DNA of 53,534 nt, filler included, from Catajapyx aquilonaris (lineage: Eukaryota): NCBI GenBank assembly GCA_000934665.2. It is 3 parts of 3 records of this genome, joined end to end, with 100 filler letters (N's around TTAATTAATTAA, not from the genome) between each part and the next. Parts side by side here need not be neighbours in the genome. Positions count along the whole stretch, not along the records: positions 1 to 17,792 come from JYFJ02006865.1; positions 17,893 to 35,663 come from JYFJ02006866.1; 1 more part is not named here. One strand, written 5' to 3'. A model generated the notes under the pieces. It saw only the letters and a list, made by a program, of their open reading frames with translations. It searched no databases and was not told the origin of the DNA. Shown piece by piece: positions 13,765 to 26,800 of this stretch. How positions within the stretch are numbered: the first letter of the stretch is position 1; each line of letters opens with the position of its first letter. Made by a program: the position numbers and the translations under genes.

Positions 13765-15687
13765 TTATGACTTTTCACTCTTAGAGTACAGTGTGCTGGT
13801 TGTAGTATTGTACCCTGTATCATGTGTGACATGATAGCTCTTCTTCTGAAAACATTTAATCCAGTTGCGAAAGTGGTCCTTAGGCCAGGTAAAAGCAATG
13901 AAGATGTATAGCCCCTGAAGTGCATTGAGGATGACGAAGAGGAACCAGAGGATGATATGATGTGCAAATACTGCAATGAGACCCATGATCCATGACAGAC
14001 CCATCAACAGTGCCATCTTGTAGCAGAGGTGCAGATGTTTCCTGGCTGCTGACTGCTGCTCCTTCTGTTGAACATTTGTTTTTCGAATTGACCTTGACCG
14101 AGTAATCATGTGGATGCTAAGTGCAAAAAAAAGTGTGTTGAGTAGCATCACAACACCAAGTGGCAGCACAAAAAACAGTAACAAGGGCTTTGGACGTCCA
14201 AACCAGCAGATACGTATCCCAAGTGCTGGCCGAAACGAAATTGGAACTGGTATCACTGACAGGTCCAGTAGGATGACTAAGGTGAGAAGCAGTGCTGGAA
14301 TGCCCCAGCCCAAGATGGAGTATACTGCAAAACGCAAGGACAATTTATGGTGACGCCTCCTAGCTGACATGCTGTGCCTAATCATGGTGAGAACATCCCA
14401 GCCAATCAACAGCATCCATGTAAAAGCAGCCAGGAAGAAATAGTAAATTACGGCACTAAGCACGAAGCAACCACGACTCCTGGTGCTAGTCCACGACAAA
14501 CTTAGGAAAGAAATAAATCCAATCAGCAGTGCCAATGACAGAGATGCTAGGGATTGTTCTGAGAGGTTTCCAGATTTGGGGCTGCAGAAAAAGGCTAACA
14601 GATGAAGCAGCAAGCATACTGCAGACACAAGCAAAAAGATAATGGTTATGTATCCCAAAATATCACTGCTGATGCTTCCAGATGAATCCAACTCTTCAGT
14701 TCCTGGTAAGCAAATTGCCAGCATGTTGGATTCAGACAGGTAGAACTGCCCTGTTGAGTACGTTTTGTCGTACTTTGGTACATATGCAGACGTGTTGTTC
14801 TCATCTAATATATAATCGTCTCCTGAGATCGGCAGGTATACCACAATATAGTAGCAGTCATTGAGGTCTCTGGATGTCCTGGTCAAGTTTTCAATACTGT
14901 CACTACAATCTGACTCTACACACTCAGCTGGTAGGCACCGTTCAAAGTACTCATCATATATCTCGGTGTTGGAACATTCTTTGGGGGACTCCAATATTTT
15001 TGTAAAGGACACTCCTTGTAATCTATAATCTATATCCTTAAAAAATGATGGCCAGCACAATAATTTGTTAGGGTCCTCATAATTGCAGATTGCACAGTCA
15101 CGATTGCGGAATGTGTTTCCAGAGACAGTGTGCTGGTAATAAGCTACATACGTCAAGCACTTATCTTTAACAATGTCATCAGTCCAGTTGCTGTGGCAAT
15201 GGTCTACAATGTCTGGCATACATTTTCTCGCCACTTGGTATTGACTTCTTGGAGGAGAGTATTCGACAGAACAGTTATCAATGGTATAAGTGTCATCCTG
15301 CATGAAATAGAGTTTAAATTTAGTATGAAACAGAGCAGTACAAAGAGAATTATCTGGAATAAGAATACAATATTGAGAACTCACCATCACCTTCATTGTC
15401 CAGGTTTTGGTCTCTCTATCAAAATGTATTGTATCTTCATCCCCAAGATTATTGATATTATGTGTGCCACTGCTCTCACATAGTATGCTAAGAGTCCAGA
15501 AGTACGATTCATTTTTGTTGAAATCCCCATGGCAGATGGCACAGTGGTAATTAGCATATGATATTCCCGTAATTCCACTGGTGACTGGTCTCAGCTGAAA
15601 TATTTCCTCCTTTGACATTGGCATTCCATTTCTACACTTGTTGTAAGTAGTTTCATTCTGAAATTGATGTGCCAGATAAGTGAGCAA
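13765..15687 (-). CDS. class-B (secretin-like 7TM) GPCR, Methuselah-like type with Cys-rich ectodomain; 5' end uncertain
   Basis: 640-aa open frame. Two ectodomain repeats (GISYANYHCAIC, GNTFRNRDCAIC), then seven hydrophobic segments with class-B motifs: CFVLSAVIYYFFLAAFTWM, YSILGWGIP, CWF, LMGLSW, LNALQGLYIF. No GPS motif or signal peptide visible. Confidence 0.9.
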   Translation of the reverse strand: MLTYLAHQFQNETTYNKCRNGMPMSKEEIFQLRPVTSGITGISYANYHCAICHGDFNKNESYFWTLSILCESSGTHNINNLGDEDTIHFDRETKTWTMKVMVSSQYCILIPDNSLCTALFHTKFKLYFMQDDTYTIDNCSVEYSPPRSQYQVARKCMPDIVDHCHSNWTDDIVKDKCLTYVAYYQHTVSGNTFRNRDCAICNYEDPNKLLCWPSFFKDIDYRLQGVSFTKILESPKECSNTEIYDEYFERCLPAECVESDCSDSIENLTRTSRDLNDCYYIVVYLPISGDDYILDENNTSAYVPKYDKTYSTGQFYLSESNMLAICLPGTEELDSSGSISSDILGYITIIFLLVSAVCLLLHLLAFFCSPKSGNLSEQSLASLSLALLIGFISFLSLSWTSTRSRGCFVLSAVIYYFFLAAFTWMLLIGWDVLTMIRHSMSARRRHHKLSLRFAVYSILGWGIPALLLTLVILLDLSVIPVPISFRPALGIRICWFGRPKPLLLFFVLPLGVVMLLNTLFFALSIHMITRSRSIRKTNVQQKEQQSAARKHLHLCYKMALLMGLSWIMGLIAVFAHHIILWFLFVILNALQGLYIFIAFTWPKDHFRNWIKCFQKKSYHVTHDTGYNTTTSTLYSKSEKS

Positions 15688-15834
15688 ATAGCAGATCTAC
15701 TCCTGAACATGCAAAGCAATGACACTTGCAATACCCTCTAAATGTCAAGTTAATATGTGACAGCAGACCTACATAACACCAGGTAACAAATTAAATTCAC
15801 TAAGCTTAAATGATAATCAGGCAATGGATGTGTA

Positions 15835-16545
15835 CAAGGGTTGGATTTTAAATAGTGGCAACCCTGTTCCCCTTATGCACAGAAACAGTGTTGTGGCTTC
15901 TGCGCAAGAAGGGAGATCCAAACAGACGTGGGGCTTGTTCATGTCAAGTTTGGATCCGATTGTGCTATTGGTGACAGTGACAGGGTAGTTCAAAGGGGCT
16001 GAAACCTAGTGCAGTGCCCTAAGCCATGGCTTCGAAGTTAAAACAGTGTTCTTGGTTGAAGATCGAGGTGGCGAGAGGCCATGACAATGCCCAGTACTAC
16101 CGCGACATGGAACACCATATGAGACCAGCGATACGACGCAAGCGACCGCACTTCCTAAAGACCAGCCCTATCATGTTGCCATGTCGCAGATGCAGTGATA
16201 GAATTATTGCTTCACTGACAATGGGAAACACTGGGTCTGGAGCACCCTCCCTACTCTCCAGACATGACCCCTTGCGATTGTGATTATTTTGTTCACAAAA
16301 ATGAAGGAACTTGTGCGAGGAAACGTGTCTAGAGCATTCAAGGATAGTACATGTTTTAGGGCGGGTGACTGCGGATATCAACAAACATCACTCTGCTCAG
16401 CTGACAGCATCCAATGCCTCTCACATGTCTAGGGTCATGGAGTGAGGGGATGACTCCATTGAAGGAATGTACATAACAAATTTGTTAATTAAAGCTTTAT
16501 TTTGAAACTATTGCAGTGTGGCCACTATTTAAAATCCAACCCTCG
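15835..16545 (+). mobile_element. internally deleted mariner transposon
   Basis: TIR CAAGGGTTGGATTTTAAATAGTGGC / GCCACTATTTAAAATCCAACCCTCG with TA TSD. Broken transposase remnants RPAIRRKRPH and EHPPYSPDMTPCD (YSPDLAPxD motif). Confidence 0.9.
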
Positions 16546-17792
16546 TATTTAATTATCAAGTTTTAGAATACTGTATCAAGAAATGAGGCACATGAATGGT
16601 CAGAGCAGGGTCAGAGGGAAATGGCAATGTACAGAAATGATGTTCACTGATCATTAGTGTGTTACTGAGGACACTTATCAGGATGGTTGGTAAACAAACT
16701 TGCATTCTCTCCCGTGTAACACCATGGTCTGATAATAATGAGGAGACCTACACAGATTCTGGCTGAGGTAGGAATAAGAGTTATTTGTTACTGTAAAATG
16801 ATGAAGTGTTCTCACGAAGCTATTAATCTATGCATTTAGTGAAATTGGGAGTGGAATATTACACCTTGTTAATTACAGCAATAAAAATGGAATCTACTAA
16901 ATATCTGAAATATCCAGTTATTCACGTGAGTCAAGAAAGTGACAACCTCTAGCAAGCTTAGCTTAGCTACTTCGAGTAATCTTGTATTACATATTTAAGT
17001 AGTATCATAATGAGATAGGTACAGTAACAAGGGAATGATTCTTTTTTGAGGGGAGATCCCCTGGAAAAAGCACAATCTTCCCCAATCAGCTGGCTCTATC
17101 ATCACTAGAGAGATGTTTGTTGTGTGCAGTGCTCACAAGGAAAATATTGGGAGCATTTCTCCCTCCTGCCACCAACAGAAGTAATTCACTATTATTGAAG
17201 TGCATTATGTTCACATGGAAATGTGATGGGTTATCTCATCCATGAACTGAATGGGTTGGGGCAGGTAGAGATATGCTTTATGCTTGGTGTTGCTTGCTGG
17301 AGTACAAGGCAGCTTTTTCCACTAGTGTACTCATCCAGGGAGCACATGAAATAGATGTATGGCCCACGTGGAACACACAGGCAAACACTACCCACATAAA
17401 ATGCAATCCTATGCATGCATCTCGTACACTTATGAGCAAGTTTATCAGCAAGTAGTGGTCATTCAGTTAAGGCATTAGTTCCCTTACATGCCGTAGTGGA
17501 ATTGTTAATCAAAAAGTCTGGAAGTTCTGTAATCTGAATTACATGGGGCAGTCTTATTACAGCCTTACTCAGCAATTCATGCAGCTGAGTTCTCTAAGTA
17601 GGTAAGCCAGATTTGAAGTTCTGTAATTCAGGCGCTGTGTCACAGTGACTTAGTGCATATGCCCAACTGCTGACTTCCTTGCTCCAAAAGTTAGCGTGCT
17701 CCCAACCACGTAAGTTGCCCGAGAACTATCCTATTTGGCAATTCATCTCAAAGACTGAAGCAGTAGTGGTGGAGTGGATATGGTATCTGACT

Positions 17793-17892
17793 NNNNNNNN
17801 NNNNNNNNNNNNNNNNNNNNNNNNNNNNNNNNNNNNTTAATTAATTAANNNNNNNNNNNNNNNNNNNNNNNNNNNNNNNNNNNNNNNNNNNN
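17793..17892. other. artificial contig spacer
   Basis: 44 N + TTAATTAATTAA (stops in all six frames) + 44 N = 100 bp. Confidence 0.97.
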
Positions 17893-20800
17893 GGGGGGGG
17901 GGGAGGCGGTAACTGGGGAAAGTCGAATAGCGCGCATCGGCAGCTTGATTTATGGACTGTTTTAGCTCCAGGGAATAATAACTCACTTTACGACAAGTCA
18001 TTAATATTAGTTATCACCTTGTATGCAGAACAGTTTGGATACAAGTTTGCACATTATGAATAAATAAATTAATGGCGTTTCACATATAGTCTATTCCCTC
18101 ACGTCTATATAGTTTCTGGTCCTATCGGATACAATAAGACAGGATCGTGAGATTTCCACCACTCTAATATCGACCTGATCCCCAACCTTCCCCCCCTAAA
18201 AATCGATATCTTTCCATTCTCCTTGCCCTCATGATCCATCCTGTGATTTGCAGGGGGACTTTTTTTGGAAAAAGAGAGGGGGGTCCTAGCCCCCATCTTT
18301 TTTTCACTGGCGGCAGAAGCCAAAAGCTACCCCCAAAAGAGAACAAGAAAAGGTGGCAAAAATAGCTCCAGAGATGGATTGAAGAAAGTAAACAAGAAGT
18401 AGGAGAAGAATTAGCAGGAGGGTTGGGCGGGGTTCTTCTAAAAAGTCAGAAGCAAACTATCCCTACAAATAGGTCTATTATTCCCCAGACACTTCATGCT
18501 ACACGATAATTTGTCTAGGAAACAGTTACATGTTTTTCTATATATATTTATAAAAAAAACTGAGAGAGGAAGAAGGGGGCTAGTAGCATGTCGGGCGTAA
18601 ATTTCCACTTCCACATATAGAGTGAAGGGATGATGTTATCTCCTCCGCACCATAAGTCACAACCGGGAGAAAGGGCTTCTTTGACGGGCATTGTTGAGAA
18701 CGCATGAATTTATAGCGGGGATTGTACCTCTCAGGATTAATGCCAGCAGATTTTTACACTGTGACACAAACTGCAAACTGTTTACTGGCCAGTGGCAGCC
18801 AAAAAAAAAAAAAACATGACGAATCCAAGGCGCGATTAATTTCGGCGAATTCATGCCGTCAGTTCCTGTGAGTATGAATGCGGTTCTTTATCTTAATGGT
18901 TTGCAGGTCAGTTCTGGACGATCTCTGACCTCAAAATGGGGCCAAACCCTTCCTCAACTGTTTCAAAAATAATCCCACTTATTACGGGCTTACAAAATGG
19001 TCCTGCTTCTCACACACTGGGAGCCTATGGGAAAAGAGCACCATAACTCATGAGCGACACACCACACTTGCCAGCCATTATTTTAACAGCTGCACGATTC
19101 CCCCAACAGGTTTAGCCTGTACATAGAAGTCGTTACACACCTCGGCAGTGGCAAGCTGCTGACAACTAATGCATTCGGAATGCTTATTGGGTCCCAAGGG
19201 GGATGCTGACACCTTCCCATAATTCATGCGTGTGAAAAGGACCGTGATACGGTATTGTTCCCAAATACCGTCCTTTTTTTACAGAAAAAAATGGAGGTAC
19301 AGCTGCGGACATAATGATTGACATGGCACACGCAGGCATCTGGACCCACGGACTGGGGCCACCCTCCCAGTTATTTGATACCCACTTTGTACCCATTCCA
19401 TTGGAAAATTATTGTCATTATTCTCCTTCCCTATGGTTCCAAGGGCAGGGAAAGTTGATGCTATCGTCGGCCCAAGTAATCAACGGCTTGTTGGTAAGAA
19501 TTGCGCTCTGCTCCACTTCTGCAAGCAGACGGTGCAGTTACATGGCATTTGCAGATTGTAAATCGTTGATTTATGAACAAGTGTGGGTGCAAGCGAGTGC
19601 TGAACTATCTTTTTTTTGCGGGACGGTTCAAACCCATATTTAAACAGGAATTGGAGCGCTTTTGTTCCGGCGGCCCTTTTTATTCCGCCTCGTTATTTCC
19701 CGATGACTATTTAGTCGTCGATTCCCATTCCCGGTGTGTTCTTTATCCCTCCGCTCCCTGGAATTCCCGGCTCATGTTGGCTGGCTTTTTCCCCGCATGT
19801 GCTATAGGCGTGTGTTGATGGCGCCCCTTTGTTCACACAACGGTCATGAAATTACACGACTGGCGCTAATAATTGATGCGGAATGCATGACCGGTCGTAA
19901 TGGATACTGCATACAGTACGCCACATATTGTACACTCTGGCCTCAGAAAATCACGAAAATGTGGATGACGCACCTTGTTATGCTCTGGTAGCCTCTTTAA
20001 TTGAAAGGGACCAGCCAAAGGCCGCTAATTAAACCGCGCGAATCTTGCACGCGATAATTTCTGCACACTACACCACTTGGATCTCACTACAACCCGTGTT
20101 CCGACACACCCTTTGCTGCTACACAGATAGTGGTGGGCGCCCAATACGCTCGTTTGCATCACGTTTATCCTGTATTCAAAGACCAGATCCAATTTGCCCG
20201 CTTTCGGAATGCTCTGGATAGGTTTTCCACTCCGTCTTTTGCATTTTATGGCGTGCATAAACTATTGTGCGAATTGCTAATGAAAATTTCCAGCGTGACA
20301 ACTTTTGTTCTTGTGTCCACACACGGTCGGGACAGAGAAAAAACTGTCGCCACAAAGAGCTGTCCAGTCAAGGTTTGGCTTCTGCCACAAGTTACCGGTT
20401 GAACGGAATATACACCCAATAACATGGACCCAATTGGATGTCCCTCTGCCATAAACCGGGAGGGTAGGGAGACCCGGGACCTCCATTCACTCCTGTTAGT
20501 TCTCCATCCTAGGCTATAAACTAGAAAACGGTAGTGTTCTTTTTTCTATCCGGACCAGACGCCGGTACAATTTCCCACCATCATTCGGCTAATGGGACTC
20601 ACATCTGCGCAGACGCACATCCAAAAACCGATATATCGTTAACGCATCCTCCCGCACACTAGCCGCTCCATTCAATCTCCTAATCCCATAGAACTTTTCT
20701 TACCTTGCACCGTCACAGCCAGCAAGACGACTCTCCAGACTGATATGTAGCCCATCATTCACCGTTGAAAGAAAAGGCACAACATAAAACCGTCCGAGTC

Positions 20801-23800
20801 AATCACGACACCCGCAACCACCCGCACAACATGGCGCATGGTCCACCCAAGAAGTGGAGGAACGCCGCTGATACCGCTCCGCTCCCATGCGCGACTTGCG
20901 CTCGACTGCGCGGCTCGCTCGCTGTTCTTCTCCCCCTGCTCTGTATTGAGCGACTGCCGCTGGATGGTTGGTTGGTAGGTAGGTAGGTAGGGGCAAGGGT
21001 AGGGGCGGCTCAGCCAGCCGGCTAGGGAGGGTAGATGGGGAGAACGAGTGGGCCGCGTCTATTCGTCGCCTCGGGTAGGGACCCACGGGCTCCCTCTTTT
21101 CTAGGGAGGGAGGGACTGGTTTTTCAGCCACGGACGCCCTAGGGGGATTTTTGGAGAATATCAGGGTTTTGGCACAGAGGCAGGTTTTTGGCAGTCACGT
21201 GGCTCAACCAGCGATTTCAAGCCACACCAGACAAAAATCGCTCGCTTTTGGCATTTTATCGCATAGCCACTACTTTTTTCCCCAATCAAAATTTTGCATT
21301 TTAATATTCGACCAATATGGTACTGCTAGACCCGCATGGTAGCATTTAGCGACTTGAGTACACTCCTTTCTGGCGATGACATGACACGAGACCCTCGCAT
21401 TTCCCTTAGTAAGTGACAGCGCCGAACTTGGGGAGGACATTCGGACTCACCCTAACGTCAACAAGCCCCCCCCCCCATCCCCAACATTACTTCATAAAAG
21501 GATGCATTTATTACACCACACTAGCCCAGTGTTGGATCTGGCACGTGATCTACATTGCATGCCCAGCTCAATAAGGTCGAAGCTCGGCGTCTATGGCCCC
21601 AGGGGTCTACTCCAGTTGGCTTATTGTCCCAGATGCCTGATGATAGTCCCGTATCAATCAAGGCAAACTCTTGGCATCATCCCCACGGATCTAATGAGCA
21701 CGAGACGCTATACAACGATGGCGTCTTTTGGTGCTGGGGGGTAGTCTTTGTTGGTTTGAAAATTGTGGCTATATTTCCATGGTGCATATAGTAAAGGGGT
21801 TTTGGGAGCGAGGGGTGAGGACAATGGAGAATGGGAGGGTTGGGTTCCCAAAAGCGAAAAGGACCGGTAGGGTGTCCGGAGAGTCCAATGAAGTGGGTCT
21901 GCTCGTTTGTACAACACACCCCGCGTGGGCCAGATGGGCCAACACCTTTTGCACGATCTGGGTAAAATCATGATATGATAAATTCTGATTTTCCTGACCG
22001 TCCATCAGCTTACGTAATCCTGGATGGCACTGGCTGCTAAGGTCTGTCACCTGTCAGTCCTGAAGATTGGTGGAGAATAGGACCGTCAGTAAACATGGTT
22101 GTTTACCTTTCGGGTCCCAGCGCATGGCAAACGAAGTAGAAAAGTGACTGTAAGGAGCCCATGACAGCCAGGCCGAGTTGGGAAGGCAACTCGGGAGCTT
22201 GCATAAGTAAATGGGCGGTTTTCAACGAGGGTTAGGAAAAAGAGAAGGGAGAAAGAGAAAAAAAAATTAAAACGCAAAAAAGTACGGTTCTTGGAAAAAG
22301 GATGGGGAAAAAATTCGAGCTCATTTGTGTAGTCAGCGTTTGGCTTCCAAAGTTGCTTGAATCTCCTGGTCTACGGTTCTTGGGAATACAAAGTAGCCGC
22401 TGAGGATTAAATTCGGCAGAGTTGTGCAAAGCCGGGGGCAACAAACTGCCCAACAGTTGGTCATGTCCTTTTGTAGATACGCATTAATCCCATGTACATG
22501 TCCGCTATATAACGCCTTTGTAAAATAATCTCCCGGAATAAGAATGGAAATTCTGCCCCTTTTTAATTATCCTGTATCTGTTCCTATAGTGTGCATAAAC
22601 TTAGGAGGGGTTCTCTCCCGGTTTTTTCAAAGCATAATGAAGGTTCCCTTAATGGAAAAGCAAATTACCCCCTTACATCCGCAGAATACTGATGCAAATT
22701 TCAAGCGGAAAGGAAGAAAAATTAGACGACAGTGATTAACTACAATAAGACTTTTACTCCCTGTTTTTAACTGTTCTGTTAGGTAGCGGAACCTTAAGAA
22801 TCTCTCCCGGTTAATTGGAATGCTACGAACGAAAGACCCTAGGGGACACACACGATGCCTGGGTTTTTCACGAGACAGCAACAATTAACCCGCCAAAAAG
22901 GCTTGTTTCTTAAAGTCTGGTTAGTAATTGCGAATAACGACACGTGTCGGTAAAGATTAGGTGGGTCTAATGAGGGTGGTTTTAATTTGAGTCACGGCTA
23001 TAAATCCTGGTTTGTTGGTAGCCAATTAATTTGTTTGCACAGCAGGGTGACATCGCTTTTTGTCCCTCTTCGTTATCGAGGATTTTCACTATTCAAATAC
23101 GGTGCCAGTGTATGCTTGAAGTATTAGAGGGGGTTGAAAATGCTGGACCAACAGGAGCGGCCGCTTGTTGGTACTTGAATCCAGACAGATAGCGGTGGTT
23201 GAGCTCACCAAGATGGGCACTAGTTATCCCTTAGGGTCACACTATCCTCACTCTAGGACATTTAACGATCTTTTTTTCACTCGGGTTCTATCTTTTCACG
23301 TGTGAGGCTATTTCGAGGTCTTTTTGGTTAGCTCCTAGTCCGCACCCAGAATGAAGACGGATTCGAGTCTGTGGGGAGCAAAGTGGAAGGAATCAATAGA
23401 TCAAGTACAGGGTGAGATTTACGATCAGGTCCTAACACTATATAGTCGGGGAGAGGGGGGGGGGGGGAAGAAGGGCAGGGGTATTTTGGACCCCCCTACA
23501 AAGAAGATGTGGGAAACCAAGGGTAATTCCATTGGGGAGTTCCCAGACTCCCAGGCACCCGTCCCTAGTCATTCTATGACATCCTCTGCAACAGCGTCAC
23601 GCCGATCATCAATTGCTTTATTGGGTCCAGGTCTGGAATTAGGCTCTTATTTCAAGGCTCGGACATTTAGGACGTGTTAACTTGGGGGGAAGTGAGACAA
23701 TTCGTCAAGGGCAGTTATGCAATATAACCCCACTTACTGCTATTGAAAGCCAGTGGTGAAGGGCGCACCCAGGGAACTTTTTTTTACTAAGCACGTACAT

Positions 23801-26800
23801 CTTTAAACTTACTGTTAGACAACAAGGAAAAGTCTGTTCATTGCCCCTTGATGCTAAGAAACATGCACTTGCTTCTTCATGCATGTAATTAATGCTGATC
23901 TGGGCGTGGTACACGCGAGACTAACTGGTTTAGTGCAGAAACATGGCTTTTTAGGGCGATTTTTAATATGTGTTGAAGTTTGCAATAATTTCATTATTTT
24001 CCAAAGAATTTCACTTTTCTGCACGAGAGATGACCAAGGTCAAAGTCATGGTTGCTTTCATAATTTTTTGCGGAATTAATAATATCCTGTAATAAGGTAA
24101 ACAACCTCATCCGCAGAATTCGGAATCCTTATCGAGTCACCGGCCTCCCGTGTCGCAATGTAACATATCACGATGCCAAGCTCGAACAAAGCCAGTCTAA
24201 TGAGGCGCTATTGTTAAGTACACTTATGCATTCTCTGTTTTCATGTTGTAGAAGAATGATGTGAAATGGCCATTGCAATATCTCACTCTTTATCTTTGTA
24301 ATAGTTGCTGGCTATTAATAATATTTTCTTATTAACCAGAAAGCCAATATCTTATATGAACCTTTTTTTTCTTCAAAATCTTTGAAGCTTGTTGGAAGTC
24401 CTAATTGTCGCTAGGGCAGTTAACTACCAATAATTCTGCTTGTTATTCCGGCAGGTGATCGATCACCAAAAAATGCTCGAGATAATTATCGAATCCTCAG
24501 CCAGCGCACGTGGAATAAATAAATCGATATTTATCAATCATACTAAAAAAAAATCCATCCGGAACTTATCTACTCCACAATTGGTTTAAGGAAATGAGGC
24601 TCGTTAAAAGAATCAAAACTTGTGGCCCGCCTGAAATACCAACAAGTAAATGAATCCGTAACAATAAATAACCCCCAGTTTTCATTTTTTCCCTCTCTTT
24701 TTGAAAGTAATGAAGTCGGAGATTGTCAAACAGGCAAAAAATCCTCCACTGAAACATAGCTCCATTTATGTAACAAATTATCCTACCGCGCTGGAATCTC
24801 CGCTAACTAATGGCCCTGCCCTTTTCCCTGAACACAAATCAGTACCTTTCTTCAGTGATGCAGGGTAGCCTTGAAATTTTGGTCACTGACCGCGTACATC
24901 CGCCAGGGTACGCCTCAGAACTGGAATATCCGCACCCCACACCAGGGGTCATTCAAGATGATCAGCTTCCGAGTAGGGAAATGGCAATTTTTTTTTATAC
25001 GCCACCTTTTTCCACGTGCGATCCGCCGACAAAGGTGCTCCCCGGTATTTCTTTCAGGATCCGGGCCCAGGCAACTCAATCTGGGACTTCCGGATCTTCG
25101 AATGGTGAGGGAAAAAAGGAGAGAGGGTAGGGGGTTGCAGTGANGGCGAACATCTTTCAGAGAAAAGGTCGTGTGCATAAATTTGGTACTGTTACGCGCG
25201 CGAACAAAGGAAGAATGGCGGGCATCTCCTTCCCATCCAGGTGCATGATATGCATGTCATCTGCCCGTCACCTGGGGCGCGCGCGTCGCCGAAAAACTAC
25301 TGCCGCGGGTTGCATACGTGACAGGATGGAATGGAAGACTGGCTATTTTCAAGGGCACGTGACCCAAAAAGCGACATTTTTTTCCTAGATCGGCAGGGTG
25401 CACAATATATCATAATATCTTTTCTACACTATAAATAGCATTAATATTAAATTATTACGATATTCCATATTAGCTATTTTATTCATGCGTGTGTGTACTC
25501 GTATAGGGCGAAGGATGCATCCACATGGTGTACGATATGTCGATTGGTTGGGTATCGGTTGGCACACAGATATAAGGTCCGTTAATTCATTCGGTTGTGC
25601 CTGTATACGCGCGTTGAACATTAGAACGTGCCTAATGGATTCCATATGGAGGTTAAGGCATGACATAATGTATATCCGTTACGCTTGCGTGTTGGCCTAT
25701 ATGGTGGAAAAAGGGCCTGCTCGCGGATGTAATTATACGCCGCAATTGCCCGAATTTTTACACCACGGTGGTCGCAATAATTTAGGTTAATTAACTGCTC
25801 TTGGTGTGTAATTGGTAAATTTTTGGAAATTATGGTTCCTTTCCGTTCCGCCGTTTGTACTTAGCATGGCTGTAATTTTGTTTTCAAATGAGGATTTGGG
25901 TAGGTGCACACTCGTAACAAGGTTGCTGACTGCTGCTGGGGTGCCATCATGGACAAGTCGACGGCAGGTGTGATTGAAAACGAGGAAAAAGAAATGGATA
26001 GTCTAGCCGTCCGCCAAAAAGTGCGGCAACGTGCTAATTGTAAGGCCCCGCTGCCTAGCCCGGAGAGCCAAGTTATCGTGGTCACCTGCACCATTTGTCG
26101 TGAGACATGCGCTTCCTATATACAGAAGAGGGGGTGCAGAGGAGGTGTGCATGCGAACATGCGAGCTGCCACTTCACACGGAAATGGCCAGCAAAACTAC
26201 GTACTGCACATACATATCGCAAGTTCATATAGAGCATAACCATGCTGCATAATTGCAATTAGTTGAGGAACATAAGTCTGGCAAGTTAAATAAATGGTGA
26301 CTTAATTCCATGGTGGCCAGCCCTTGCATGGGCTTGGACATTTTTACTACCCTAGAGTGGATTGTTGGTATTGACTATCCCATTAAAAGGGCTCAAGTGG
26401 CTTCTACGAGGGAGAAAGAATAGTCGCTATTCAATAAACAAAAACGTCCGGAACTAGGAACAGAAGGGGGAAATAAATCACCATGAAGGCATGTCACGTG
26501 ACGGGCTTGGAACCCCCCAAAAAAAACAAATGTGCACGAGCCAGAGAGCTGCCAATCGTGATAAGTAAGCTCACGTTATCGTAATGGCTCGTTCGTAGGT
26601 GGGATACACGGCATCGGTACGCTCGGGTACTATCAGTCAGGCACATGAAAACAGCAACCCCATAAAAACGAGCCCGTTTGCATGGCTGCCACCGTAACAC
26701 ATGCGAAAGACGTGGTGTCGAAAGGTATGCATAAGTGCAAGGATGACCCACCACAATGAAATAATTCATGTCCCGAATTGGAGACGGGAATTATTTTGTC

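Noticed and set aside
14108..15578. Short ORFs overlapping the GPCR (likewise antisense or alternate-frame ORFs over ACSF2 exons, e.g. 42979-43470)
   Set aside because: Shadow frames of real coding sequence.
17837..17848. TTAATTAATTAA as a piggyBac target or biological palindrome
   Set aside because: Centred in exactly 44+44 Ns and repeated at 35708-35719; an artificial linker.
21769..22050. ORF with LMDG (resembles pogo DDE LLxDGH)
   Set aside because: The following H and QPLD motifs are not present; insufficient.
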